Positions 52,045 to 63,676 of a stretch of DNA of 64,000 bases are shown here, one piece after another. Under the pieces are notes generated by a model. The model had not been told where the DNA came from and made no database searches. It worked only from the letters and a program-made list of their open reading frames with translations. The position numbers and the translations under genes were made by a program. Within the stretch, counting starts at the first letter, position 1, and every line of letters starts with the position of its first letter. Source of the DNA: Trichosphaerium sp. ATCC 40318 (Eukaryota; Protista; Tubulinea); contig JALMLS010000446.1 in the NCBI GenBank assembly GCA_038496445.1, positions 79,056-143,055 of the forward strand. The letters are read 5' to 3'.

Positions 52045-52490
52045 TCAAATATAAATAGCGTCTTCAGGATCCTTAACGTAATAGGATTGCTCAAACGGTA
52101 TACGTGAGAAATCCCATGTACAATCTCCTTCACGGCTGCCATTCACATAATGACATTGCGCACATTTACCGTTGAAGTACCAAGTCTTATGCTCTCCCTC
52201 TTTCTTACCATCAACATAGTGCATTTGCTCATATAATATACCATTATTATGCCATACTTTACGCTCACCATGTAGTTTACCATGTCTATAATGCTCTGAA
52301 ACTAAAATAGATGGCTTCTCGGTGTTTCTTTTGCTTATTTTTCGCCACGTGCCATGTTTTTCCAAAACTTGATTAAACCTCGTTGTAGTTGCACTGTATT
52401 TTGATAAGAGAGGCCATATTAGATACAATTCTACATCTAAATCTATAATACAAAGGTGTAGCTCTACAGGGAGTTCCAGTAGATGGAATT
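52045..52490 (-). CDS. F-box-like + MORN-variant repeat protein, short paralog 4 (possibly truncated)
   Basis: LLELPVELHLCIIDLD...WPLLSKYSATTTRF..VLEKHGTW, with only 2-3 repeats. First exon unresolved. Confidence 0.7.
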
Positions 52491-52757
52491 TCTCTAAGGT
52501 AGAGCTATTTGTCTAGATAGTACATCGTTAGCGCTCTGTATTGGCTGTAGACGCGCCGTATATGGTTTTTTTGCCATCAAAGTAGTCGGTTTCTTTAGAC
52601 GTTAACGGGTATTGGTATGACGATATGAATAAGTCAAAGTTAATGCAGAAGATCCCGTTAAGCAAATGAAAAACGGAATTTACCGAAAACTGTTGTGCAC
52701 GTGTTTTAACGAGAAAAAACAAGAATTTTTTTGAAACTCGCTTTTTTATTAGGCACA

Positions 52758-54452
52758 ATGGAAGACAAGGCAGCAGATTATTATACCAAGTTTCTCAAAA
52801 CGCAAAAAATAGACGGTGTACGCGTTGGGACGAGTGGAATTGCTGGTAAGGGCGTTTTTGCTACAAAAGCTTTCAAAGCCGGTGATTTGCTTTTTAGAGA
52901 GGTACAGTAACGTTATAATGGCGTAATTTGAGTAATGTTGTACCTTAGACTCCTCTTGTTTCCAATTTAGAATTAGAAGTGCGGGTACGCATCGAATATA
53001 ATATGAGAACGTCCTCAGGTTGTTTAGAATTTGCCTTGCTGTCATCATTGCAGAAAATGGGTAAATAGCCTTGAATGGCAACTACACTACCTAATGGCAA
53101 CAGAAGAGTACGTAAAAGCAATTATAAACGATAGTACACTATTGACAACAATCGTACAGCCACCCACCACTTCCAAAGTTTAAAGAATACGTTGAAACGC
53201 TCAAAAAAGAAGGATACACATTCAAAGACGCCATAATATGCTCGAAAAGCGGTAAAACATTTTGTTCCAAAGAATGTGAAGACGCTGCTGGAAATCAATA
53301 CCACAAACTCCTCCAGTTTGTATGCATAGTATTTTGCTGTTCATGGTATTAAAGAAATACTGTTTAGCCGGTACCAGAGGAAGATAAAGATCCCGTTCCA
53401 CTTCAGATTTTTGAAAATATTGCTTACTGTACGTTGTCTTCAAACCACCTCTACTAACTCTTCTAGTGGAAAATGAAGGTTTTATTTGTGCAGCCAGACT
53501 CCTTGCGTCAATTATACTCACAGCAGAGAGTAATGGAGGAGATGTAGAATCGGCAAAACTCCCAGCAGTACTTTTTCAAAGCGTAAGTTAATTTCATCTG
53601 GTTTTTTTCAGTGATTTTCTCGTTTGTTTGTTGCGCGTTTGCTTTATTGAACGAATATTGGTAGTCTCTATGGTGGGATGTTGTATCTAAACCAGATGAT
53701 GAGATATCAGATGAGGACTGGAAGAAGGAATTGAAGCAAACTGTTGTTGATGTTTTTACAGCGTTAAATCTTGGTATAACATCTAATGCAACACTTAAAT
53801 ACGCTGACAAATACAAAGAGAGTATCCTTGACACTAAAAAAATCTGAAACTTTTCTTCAAAGAGCGTTGCTCGCATTTTCCTTTTTTTTTCTGATAAAAA
53901 ACAACCCCTTAACATCAAGTCTTGACCGTTGAGTTTTTCTCACGTCTTTGCTCTGTTATGGACATGAATTGTGTTGAACTTGTTGTACCATCACCTCTGG
54001 CACCATATTTTGATGAAAATAAGGATGATAAGAATGTCAACGAAGTACTTGAATACCTAGCAAAGATGTACTCTGAAAACTTTGATGTTGATGATCCAGA
54101 AACTCAAATTGCTTTCGAGTTTCCAGAACTAAGAGGTGCAGTTCTTTGTGCTATTCAAGGTAGTATGAACCACTCTTGCAGGTATCCAAAGATAACGCTA
54201 TAACCTTTTTCCACTTATATTGAACCTAGTCCTAACTGTCAAGTTTTCAAAGATCATAAGACATATCATGGAGATACTTTAGTTTTTGCAACTTGTGATA
54301 TTGAAGAAGGTCAAGAGTTGTTTATTTCTTATATAGACACAGATTTAGATGTTGATGAACGTCAGGAATTATTAGAAAAGCCTTACGGGTTTATATGTAA
54401 TTGTGAAAAATGTAAAAAAGAAATGGAACAAAACGAAGAAAAAAGTGAATAA
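52758..54452 (+). CDS. SMYD-type SET/MYND protein lysine methyltransferase
   Basis: AGKGVFATKAFKAGDLLFRE; Cys clusters; MNHSCSPN, ELFISY, post-SET YGFICNCEKC. Confidence 0.88.
53822..53919 (+). other. U12-type (minor) GT-AG intron
   Basis: Donor GTATCCTT; branch CCCTTAAC ending 6 nt before the intron end; no polypyrimidine tract after the branch; splicing restores KE-I-LTVEFF. Confidence 0.85.
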
Positions 54453-54947
54453 AAGACCGTTATCAATTTGACTATTATTTCACATACTGATACTTCATAA
54501 ACATAATAAGCTAGTAGCAAAAAAAACATATTACCGGCTATTCTATAACGGCCAAGCTAAAAATCCTTTTTTTTTCTTATGAAAACAAGTACTCCTTTCT
54601 TTTCACTAACCTTGCATTGTATGCTATTGCTTTTGAGCTTATATTTTGGTCTTATCGGCGCAGCTGATTAAAATATTGTAAGATCCATCACTGCAAGCTC
54701 TCGCTAGTTTCATAACCTCATTTCCTTTTTTACCTTAAATAGATCAGGGTTAAAAAGTTTGGTTGGAAACAAAAGTTAGTTGTTGTGGGTTGTTGAGGCA
54801 ATCAATTGGAGGGTAAACGATTAAACCACCCATAGATTTTGTACTAGAATACTTACCAAAGCAGGATTGTAGATTTTATTTACTGCCTGAATTGAAAGGT
54901 ATTTAATAATCTGTGGTCAAATCTGTTTATTTATATTGTTACCCAAC

Positions 54948-55869
54948 ATGATACTGACACGTGTGTCCGTAATAGTTCTTTTTTTTGCGAGCTTGGTGAC
55001 AAGCGAGTACTTAGTTTGGACATCTGGCGTACAAATAAGGATTTTATTATTCTATTGGCGTTAACACCAATCTCGTAGACGGACGTGAATGTATCAGAGA
55101 GGAAAGCGAAAAACTTGTTAGAGCTAACCAATGTAGAAAATTAGCACCAGGCCTTTACGTTCGGTACGTAAACTCAATCGCATAACGATTAATAACTGTC
55201 TGCTGTACTGTAGGCCCATTATTCGCTCTGATACTGAGCTCGAACTAGAATATTCTGATTCTTGCACCGGCCCTAGAAGTTCCTCACGCACGTGATTGTT
55301 ATCCAAAATAATAGTTTATTGCTTCGTAGAAATATACACAAACGGGGTGTGTCTCGAACCTGAAGGCTACTCATTCTCTTTCAGGGCCAATCTTAAACGA
55401 TACAATAACAGTTTGCTTAAAAGTCGTACGACCATCATACCACCCCACAACGCTTAAATTAATTATAGACTATCCGAACTCAACCTGTAAATCGTTTAGT
55501 TTTCGTACCTTATCTGTGTTAAACTATTGCTATCATCGCTCTATCGATGCTTATGCAAAGTTAAACGTGACTGGAAACACCACAACTGAGTATCAATATA
55601 CTGACGAGGATTGTACCGTTCCTTTCAGAATACCAACACCAGCTCCCTTGCACCAATGCTATAATGCCTCAAGTCAATTTTATTTAGAATTTGTCACCTA
55701 CGAATTATTCGATCACACAAACCTTCCACCACCTACACCGGCCCCCACAAGTATTGTGAACCCTCCCTTTACCACACCTTCCATAGCCAGTAACACGTTC
55801 CTCCTGGTGCCATATGTGGTGCTGTCTCTTTCATTTTGCGTTGCAATTCACAATATGATGTTATTTTAA
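54948..55869 (+). CDS. Secreted/GPI-type surface protein with Cys repeats and P/T-rich stalk
   Basis: Signal MILTRVSVIVLFFASLVTS; repeated C..(N)xC units (ANQCRKL, TNGVCLE, LNYCYH, LHQCYN); PPPTPAPT stalk; hydrophobic C-terminus. Confidence 0.7.
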
Positions 55870-57308
55870 ATAAATGAGTATGCGGATTGGTAGCCTCTCC
55901 GCAACTTCCTTTTACTTTTTACGTATAGAGTTGTATCAGACTACACGCTCACTTTGTGACTTAACATTTACTTCTCTTGAAAGAATAAGACCATGACTAA
56001 ATGTATGCCGTGTCGAATTTCACTTGGTAAGTTTAATCAAGTTTGTATTCCAAAACATGCTGTACAAAAATGGAAAAGACTTTTCTGTTTGTTATCACTA
56101 GGTACCACGTGGATGTTGCTTTCATCATTTGGTTATCACGTGCTTATTGACTAGTATCAATATCAATAGTGTTTATTCTTGACATTCAAAAAGAGTAAAC
56201 TGGCAGCTTTCTCTAACTCGTTGCTGCCAAAAGGGATAGATTTCAGCCTAGGAATGTATATTTTTTTGAAAAAGAATAAGAGGCAGTGCGCTAGCACCTA
56301 CTTTATTACATATAGGGGTTTACATGGCGGCTCACAGAATTATCGTGCGTGTATAGAAAGTTACAGGAGGACGCCATGTCATGTGAAAGGAACCAATCGT
56401 ACAGATGAAAATAAAACCTTCAGTAAAAATATGTTACACAAGAATTTCACCAACTTTGTACAATTTCTTTTCTTTTACCCATTTTAAAAAACCAACCTAA
56501 AAGTACAGCGTATCCATTTATTCTATTGATGGTCAGCAATTTACTTGTGGTGATTCATGGACAATTGTTGCTACCCGTTTTAAATACTGTATTACTCAAG
56601 TGCATATATAGGTTGGTTGTGGTCCGTTCCCGGCTACGCCGGCAAAAAATTGGGTATTGCGTGGTAACCTGGATGTGTCTCACTTATGTGGCGTGTGTTC
56701 ATGTTGTTGAAAAAAAACAATCTAACCTTACTATTCTTCATCGACATCTAGTTTCATACCTGCTAATACATCCATTGTTTGAGTTACAAGCACGTTCAAT
56801 GGCCATAGACGTAGAAATAGTGAAGAAGTCAAAAATTCGGTACACTAGGAAAGCCCTTTACGGGGTTTTGGGCATAGCCTAGCGGCGACTGAGCGCCATA
56901 ACCCAGTTGTCTCCCTTTGTGGCGAACAGTTCAATATCACTTCAACATTTATTCGCTTTTTGCGACATTTTAGTACACACCTTATTTAGGTACTTGAAGT
57001 TTTCCCGTAGATTGGGTAGCGACGAAATCGCTTTGTTTTACTTCCGCCACGTGAACATAAAAATAATTGCCTGTTTTCGTCACTGTCGGCAGTTTTGGGC
57101 CATTTTCTCCAGAAAACTACAAACTCTTTTGGGTCTTTTGTAACATGAAAAAGTATTAGGTAATAAGCTACGCGTAATAGCGTGGAAACGGGAAACAGTT
57201 TATGTAAAAGAAAATAAATTTGATAAAAAAACTAAGAGACTGATCATTCATTATTCAACAACATCAATCCCTAAAACAACAACTTAACAACAAACAGAAA
57301 AAACTAAA

Positions 57309-58156
57309 ATGGATATCCTCACAGCTCTCAGAAACGCAGCAGACAAAGCCGAAGTCAATGATGATCAAAAAACTCAAATCAATGCCATACTAAAAGATGC
57401 TCTTGCAGATGCCGAAAAACATATATCAGAAGCTGTCGAAAAGCTTGAAGGTACTAAAAGAAATCCCACCATATCCACTTGTGTTTTATTGACGTGGTTT
57501 CTTTCTCAGAGGTCAAAGCTATCGCTGGTGCCAAGAAAATTGGATGGAGTAAAATTGGTAAAGAGGAAGGTTCAAATGGAACAAGCCAGAGAAGTAAGTT
57601 ATCCCTAAAACACGACAATAGGACTCAAGTTGCTAGGCTGCAGACGCTCGTAACGAGGAAATACTAGACAAAATCGAAGGTATTCTCACTGTCAAACAAT
57701 GTGTACGTGTTTATCTTGTTTTACTAAACAAAAATACTGTTTACTAACACGTGTTGCGTACAGGCAAAACTTGTTATTTGCATTGGTGAGCAAATACGTG
57801 ATAAAAAAGACGCCGGCCCATCTGGTGCTATGATGTATGCTATTAAAGCTGTTGAGTCCGAGTTAGAGCTAAAAGAGAAGCAACAAAAGAAGAAAGATAA
57901 ATTCTTGGAGGTAATGAAAAAACCAGCTTAGTAAACTCGTCCTAACAGTTTCTTTCAGTTTGTTTCTGCGAAGCAGACAGAAGCCCGTGATCACTTTGCT
58001 CCTATGATGGATTCTCTCAAAGAAGCAGTTGAGAAGGATGACCTGGCTACTGCTGAAGAAATCCTTGGAAAGATCAAGGCGTCTGTGAAGAAATTGAAGA
58101 AAACTCGCAAGGCAACCTTGGATGAAATGAAATCAACCTTTGAGCTGAGCAAATAG
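57309..58156 (+). CDS. Hypothetical charged alpha-helical protein (4 exons)
   Basis: MDILTALRNAADKAEV...; canonical splice sites; ends ...STFELSK*. Confidence 0.7.
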
Positions 58157-58492
58157 CTGTTATCATGCTCAACCTCATGACCAAGCGACAAGCAATCGTA
58201 AAAACAGCCCTTGCTGCTATTTGAGGACATATGCATATGTACTATCCCAAAAAAAGTTAATAAACAACCTTCAATGTCAATTTACATTTCCGTTTACAAG
58301 TTAGTGAAAATCTACAAGATAACGTGGATATTCAGTAAATTATAGTACTATTCATTGATGTTCTACCTACTTTCTTTGCGTACTTGTCACTTTAGTTATC
58401 ACATTTTGTCTGGCTAGTGAGTGGAGCATGTGAAACTTCCCTTTTAGTGATTGCTCCAACAAAAACTCGAGTGACTTCGAGATAGTATTTAT

Positions 58493-59029
58493 TTAATTGC
58501 CTACAAGTCTCTTCATGTGTTTCTTATGATCTCCACCAAGCTCATCGACCTCAGCATCAAATTCCTTATATAAAGCAGCTATCTTCAAAAGAGGTTCCAA
58601 ACCAACACCATGAGGCGCACAAATATCATACATCTCATTCATAAACTGTACTTCTTTAAGTATTTCACTTTCAGAAACTCCTCCAAGAGCTGCGATGGCT
58701 TTAATTTTAGCACCTTCAGCAGTTACTACATCCTTTGTTTCTTGACTGAGGTCAAACCCAGGAAATGAATTTAGGCCGTCCTGGGTCCATTTCAAGTAGG
58801 TGCTGCTTGGGACATTGTTCTCATCGAACAAAGAACGGATTGTAAAAGCACTAACTACTATCGCTCCTAAATTCTGAAAGGAGGTGCGTTCATTGTCAAT
58901 ATTCCCTACTTCATCGTGAAGATGCATCATAGAAACTACTTCCTCGTCAGTAAATCCAAGGCTTGTGTGGAGCTGTCGGAGTTCTAGAATAAGCTCATCT
59001 AAGCGCGGTGTTGTTGGTAATGTGGTCAT
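58493..59029 (-). CDS. Hypothetical protein, 178 aa, single exon
   Basis: Clean ATG-started ORF with protein-like composition; no domain recognised. Confidence 0.65.
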   Translation of the reverse strand: MTTLPTTPRLDELILELRQLHTSLGFTDEEVVSMMHLHDEVGNIDNERTSFQNLGAIVVSAFTIRSLFDENNVPSSTYLKWTQDGLNSFPGFDLSQETKDVVTAEGAKIKAIAALGGVSESEILKEVQFMNEMYDICAPHGVGLEPLLKIAALYKEFDAEVDELGGDHKKHMKRLVGN

Positions 59030-59539
59030 CTAAGAAAATTCGTTATGTTTCTCGGTGTATACGCAAGGCCACGTGATATTTATGCGTTTTTAGCCGCTTT
59101 GAAACCATTCGAATGTAAAATTTAGGCAGAGTTAGATTTACGTACAGATCAATGATAGTTAGAGGTGTGGCTACTCCGTTTAGGTTATATTGTGTTTGTG
59201 TTTGGGCCTTAATGCTATTTTTTAATTGTGTTAAGTCTTCTTTGTAAGTTGATTTCTTGTGTATTATTCTGCATTCAAGGTTGGTGCTATAGCATTATTT
59301 TGTGAGAAACATGTAAATAATAATCAATTTTCACTCAGACACGTGCACTTTATCTTTTTTCATGATAAACACAATAGCAATTCTATTCTTAGCTCCTAAC
59401 GTGTAAAGTAATTGAACTTGTACTCCTAAAAAAATAACTCGCCAATTGATTCAAGGGTAATCGTACATTGTATACGTTTTGAGGCTGAAACGTTCTCATA
59501 GCAAGTGATTAGAAATAAAATGGTATTCTGCCAAATCAA

Positions 59540-62305
59540 ACATGTACGTTGAAACTCAACTTTTGAGACACTACAAGCGGAGACAGCCAGTCGAAGTACC
59601 TGAAGTTGTAGCTAAGGACAAGTGAAGATGCTCCAGAAGAACTTGAGGATGCTGTTGATGGTGAGCCGAAATCCCATTTCTAAATAGTTATTGATAATAA
59701 AGTTACAGCAGAGTTGTGATGAACTAGAGTTGCAATTCAGTGCAACCTTAATGTACAGGATTTATTTACCGACTATGTCGATCAGTTAAGCTATATTACA
59801 CCCACGAGTGATCCCAAAATAAAGATGGGAGTGAAGAGAGGGAAAAGAAGTGAAAAAAAATGTGTTTGAGGAGAAAAACTACTGCGAGGGGCAATTTAAT
59901 GTGGCATAGTAATGCTCCGTACTACGTTCGTAGACGACTTTCTAATACAACAAACATTAGAAACGAATAAAAAAAAAAAAAAAGAAACAACCCCACAAAA
60001 AACGTACTTGCGCCGTTTTATCGATCCTAGTCGTACAGACGCAGAAACTTTACGTATTTCTAACGTTGCTGGTAATGGTTCGCTACGATCAAAACCTCCA
60101 GAAGACCAACACTCAGTATTAGCTGAGCTACTTACATCCAATGTATCAGTAGTTGAACTATCTGAATTTGTAGAGTCTCTACGATAAAGCTGTTTTCTTC
60201 TTCCACCTTTTTACAAAAAACGGTTAAAAACCAATAAAATGACAATACTTGCGGTGCACTTACTGTCTTCGCTTATTGCTTTCGGTAAAGTTCGTGTTTT
60301 AGAAGCCAAGGACGCTCTAGATAAATTATTCTTTATCTGTGGTTTTAATCGTCCCACAGACGAGCTTCGTAGTATCCTTGTTTTTCTTCTTGATTTCTTT
60401 CCAGAAATCTCTTTAAATGTCGAGCCTGTTAAAAAGTTTGTGAGCAATAAATACATTCCATAATACAATAACATACCTCTGGGTTCAATAGCTAATGATG
60501 TTTGGTACTTTTCATCCTCTGTTGATACTTTACAATTGAGTAAATACGTTTGTATTGTCCCCACATCAAAAAATTGTAGCGTTGCTGCTGCCACTGTCTT
60601 ATTGTACTTATAACGCCTAATAACGTAAATAAAGAGCGAAGGATTAAGCACTAGCTCAACCTGTCATCATGTGGCGTTTTTGAAAGTTAATAACGCCTTT
60701 GCTTTCTAAGCCATTTAGAAAGTCAGAATTGCCTATAGATACAGTACAGCGATTAGTAACAATACAGCAAAAGCACTTTTTTTTTTTACCTTCTTCAATG
60801 TGTTGCAGTTCTGTTAAATAAATACCCAAAAATGGGATACTTGGAGGCGCAGCTTGTTTAAGGAGACCGCGTAGAGCATCTTTCTTTACAATTTTTCTCA
60901 ACTCTTCAAACTTAACAAACTAAAAACAGAACCATCAATTAAAAACTATCAAAAGCAACTTTTGGATAAAAAAAGAAATCGTCCGCGTACTGTAGATTTG
61001 TTGCTTTTTTTCAATTTCGCCCAAGTATGTTTTAAGCGGTTAACAGGCGATAAATTAATACCAGCAACTACAGCCCATAACGAATTAAAAGTTATTCAGT
61101 TCATACAACTTCTAGAAAATACACTTAGCGTTAAAAACCCGTAGGCGCCAAATATCTAAAAAAAAACGTACCAAGGCTAGTTTAATCATCTTGCATAGAA
61201 CTTTAGTTCGTTGCTTAAAATCGGTCGTTTCGACTATAACAGTACTTGTCCACCCAGAAATCTTCAAAAACGACACGTCAGCGCGAACAGAACACGTATT
61301 CGGAATTTTTTACTTACCTGGTTAAAATGAGAAATCATTGTAGACACATTAGGAGCGTCTCTCTCCTTTGTCTCATTCTTATTCCACGATAAGCACTCCC
61401 AAGGTTTTATTTTAACCCACAATTCCCAATCCAAAAGCGTTAATTGCCGTGCTACTTCCTCTGGGTGAAAATCGAGAAGCGCTAGTGGTAATGAGATAAA
61501 AACAACCCAAAGATAGGTTTTTTTGGTAAAACGTACTTGCTCCCTTGAAAACAGCAGGCATAAATGGTTTTGGTGGTGCACACGGACGTGTGATTGGTTT
61601 TTCTTGAGGCTACGAGGATTTTAGTACACGTTAACCAGAAAAAGAAATTAAATTCTTTAATTTTGTTTTTATCTTTTAGTCTCAAATTACCTCTTCTGCA
61701 ACGCGTTCAAGTAGATTTAGCAATGTAGAAAACCCTCTGCCCATCTTCGGTATTGCGGTGTTGGTTTGCAAAAACTCTTTCATTTTTCGACGCAAGGTAG
61801 GGTCGACACGCCAATCAATGTCGTAGTCGCGTACCCACTTTTGTATGAACGAAACGACACTGCTTGTTGGTTAGTATTAATTTCGAGTTTTCAGAGGTAA
61901 AAAGACAATCTCGTTCTTTCTTTTGCACTAAAGTGCGTTATACGCACCGATGGCGAACTTTAGTTAAAGCTTCATCTTCGCTCCAATTGTCTGGTTCGAT
62001 GCGCTCAATGAGTAAATCTAGTAGTCTGTGGGGAGTAGTGAAGGTTCTGTAGCTTGTTTGAAACTCTTTCACAAGCTCTGCTCCCGAATTCAACGAGGTG
62101 ATATACTTCACCAAACTAAACAAATCGCCGCCCTGAATGGTATTTAGCCGCCTGAAGCAAACAAAACGACCTGGAAATAGGCGCATATAATTTTATTACG
62201 CTTTACTCCACGTATCTCGCACATTACCTTGAGTGTATTGTCCATAAATACAAGCCCATCCTTGTAAAATTCTTTCCAATCGAAGTAATCGACGGCTGTT
62301 GCCAT
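59540..62305 (-). CDS. RasGEF (REM + CDC25 domain) with Ser-rich tail
   Basis: IQGGDLFSLVKYI...FQTSYRTFTTP (REM); HPEEVARQLTL, LNNFNSL, PSIPFLGIYLTELQHIEEGN, INFQK, SLAIEPR (CDC25). The 3' end is approximate; there is an apparent 1-nt frameshift near 60570. Confidence 0.9.
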
Positions 62306-62487
62306 TAATTACAACCCAAAAGTACTCTCAAACTCTTATGCGACTATTTTGTGTGTATTCAATAAAGTGGCAACTTTTGGTCTTTTTTTGGTCTTATACC
62401 AGGTATTCAAAAAAAGTTTGCTCATAAAAAACGGCGTTAACGTGTTACAAGCTGGTATTGATTTTCACGGAGTAATTAGTTGGTGTA

Positions 62488-63676
62488 ATGAGCGATTTTG
62501 CGCGTCTTGTTAGCGGTGCAACGGCTGGTCTTGTTGCAAATGTCGTAATGCATCCCTTGGGTGCGATTTGAACGCGCGGCTTGACCGCTAACAACGTTTT
62601 GTAGATACTGTAAAGGCGCAAACGCAATTCGCGAACATAGGTACACAATCATCGCCCTGAACGCTTGGAATACCTACTTTACACACTAATCATCTATTAG
62701 ACACACGTCATAGTACTATCCGTACCCGTGTTACCACAATTCTCCGCCAAGACGGTTTACGCGGGTTTTACAAAGGATTTGGAACTGGTACGTTATCCTG
62801 TCGTAGTGTAATAACGCCGAATAAGTTTTATTATCTACAATCCCTTCAACTGGCCTATACTTTCTCTCTTATGGAAGGTACCACTATAATATAGCGCCAC
62901 AGTTATATTAACGAATGTTTATTAGGCTGAAGACTTATTTTGGAACGTCACCTCTTGGACTTGGTCTAGCGGGCTTAGGCGCGCAATGTATAGCAGGTAC
63001 ACAAGAAATCTTCTTCAAATAACGTTAATCCGTGACAGGCCTCATTTTTTGTCCACGTGATATTTTGAAGGAGCGTATGCAAACCAACGTGTTTAATGGA
63101 AACGCTTGGAGACTTTCTAAACATATATTCGAAACAGAAGGGATAGGTGGGTTTTATAGAGGTTATTGGGCAACAACTGTACTTTGGGGACCATACGCTG
63201 CCATTTATTTTAACATTTATGAACACTTAAAGATGAATTTTGGTAATCCGGGACAAAACTCTATTGTAAGCCTTTCAATGTTTGGCGTTATTGCTGCAGG
63301 TATAGCTGGAGTTATAACAAATCCTATTGATGTCATAAAGTTAAACTTTCAGGTGTGTATCGTCTCAAAGATTGAACAAGCGGTTAACTTAGTATTTATT
63401 AGGTTTTAACAAAAACTGACGGTTCATCAAATAGTGCTTTTAAAGTTGGTACGAATTGACTCTTTTTTTTATTCTCTATTGTTTTGCTGATTGTCTGTCA
63501 AAGCTACAAAACTGTGGAGACAACATGGTATCAATTTCTTCTTTAGAGGATCAATTGCACGTGTTTTATGGATAGCACCAAGAACTGCTATATCTTTTGC
63601 AATTTGTAAGTTATCCGCACTTTTATTTGTTTAACCTAACGCAATACTAGTTGAAAAAGTAATGGAGACATGGTAG
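62488..63676 (+). CDS. Mitochondrial carrier family (SLC25) protein
   Basis: Three Px[DE]xxK signature motifs: HPLDTVKAQTQ, CPRDILKERMQ, NPIDVIKLNFQ; GFYKG/GFYRG/FFRG motifs. Confidence 0.92.

Noticed and set aside
6124-52490. Integrated giant-virus (endogenous viral) segment
   Set aside because: No viral hallmark genes (capsid, packaging ATPase, polymerase). The repeat genes are interspersed with intron-rich host genes and most carry a 5' intron.
56840-56960. GC-richer stretch with GGAAAGCCC, resembling an RNase P/MRP motif
   Set aside because: Pairing is only local and no matching distal conserved region was found.
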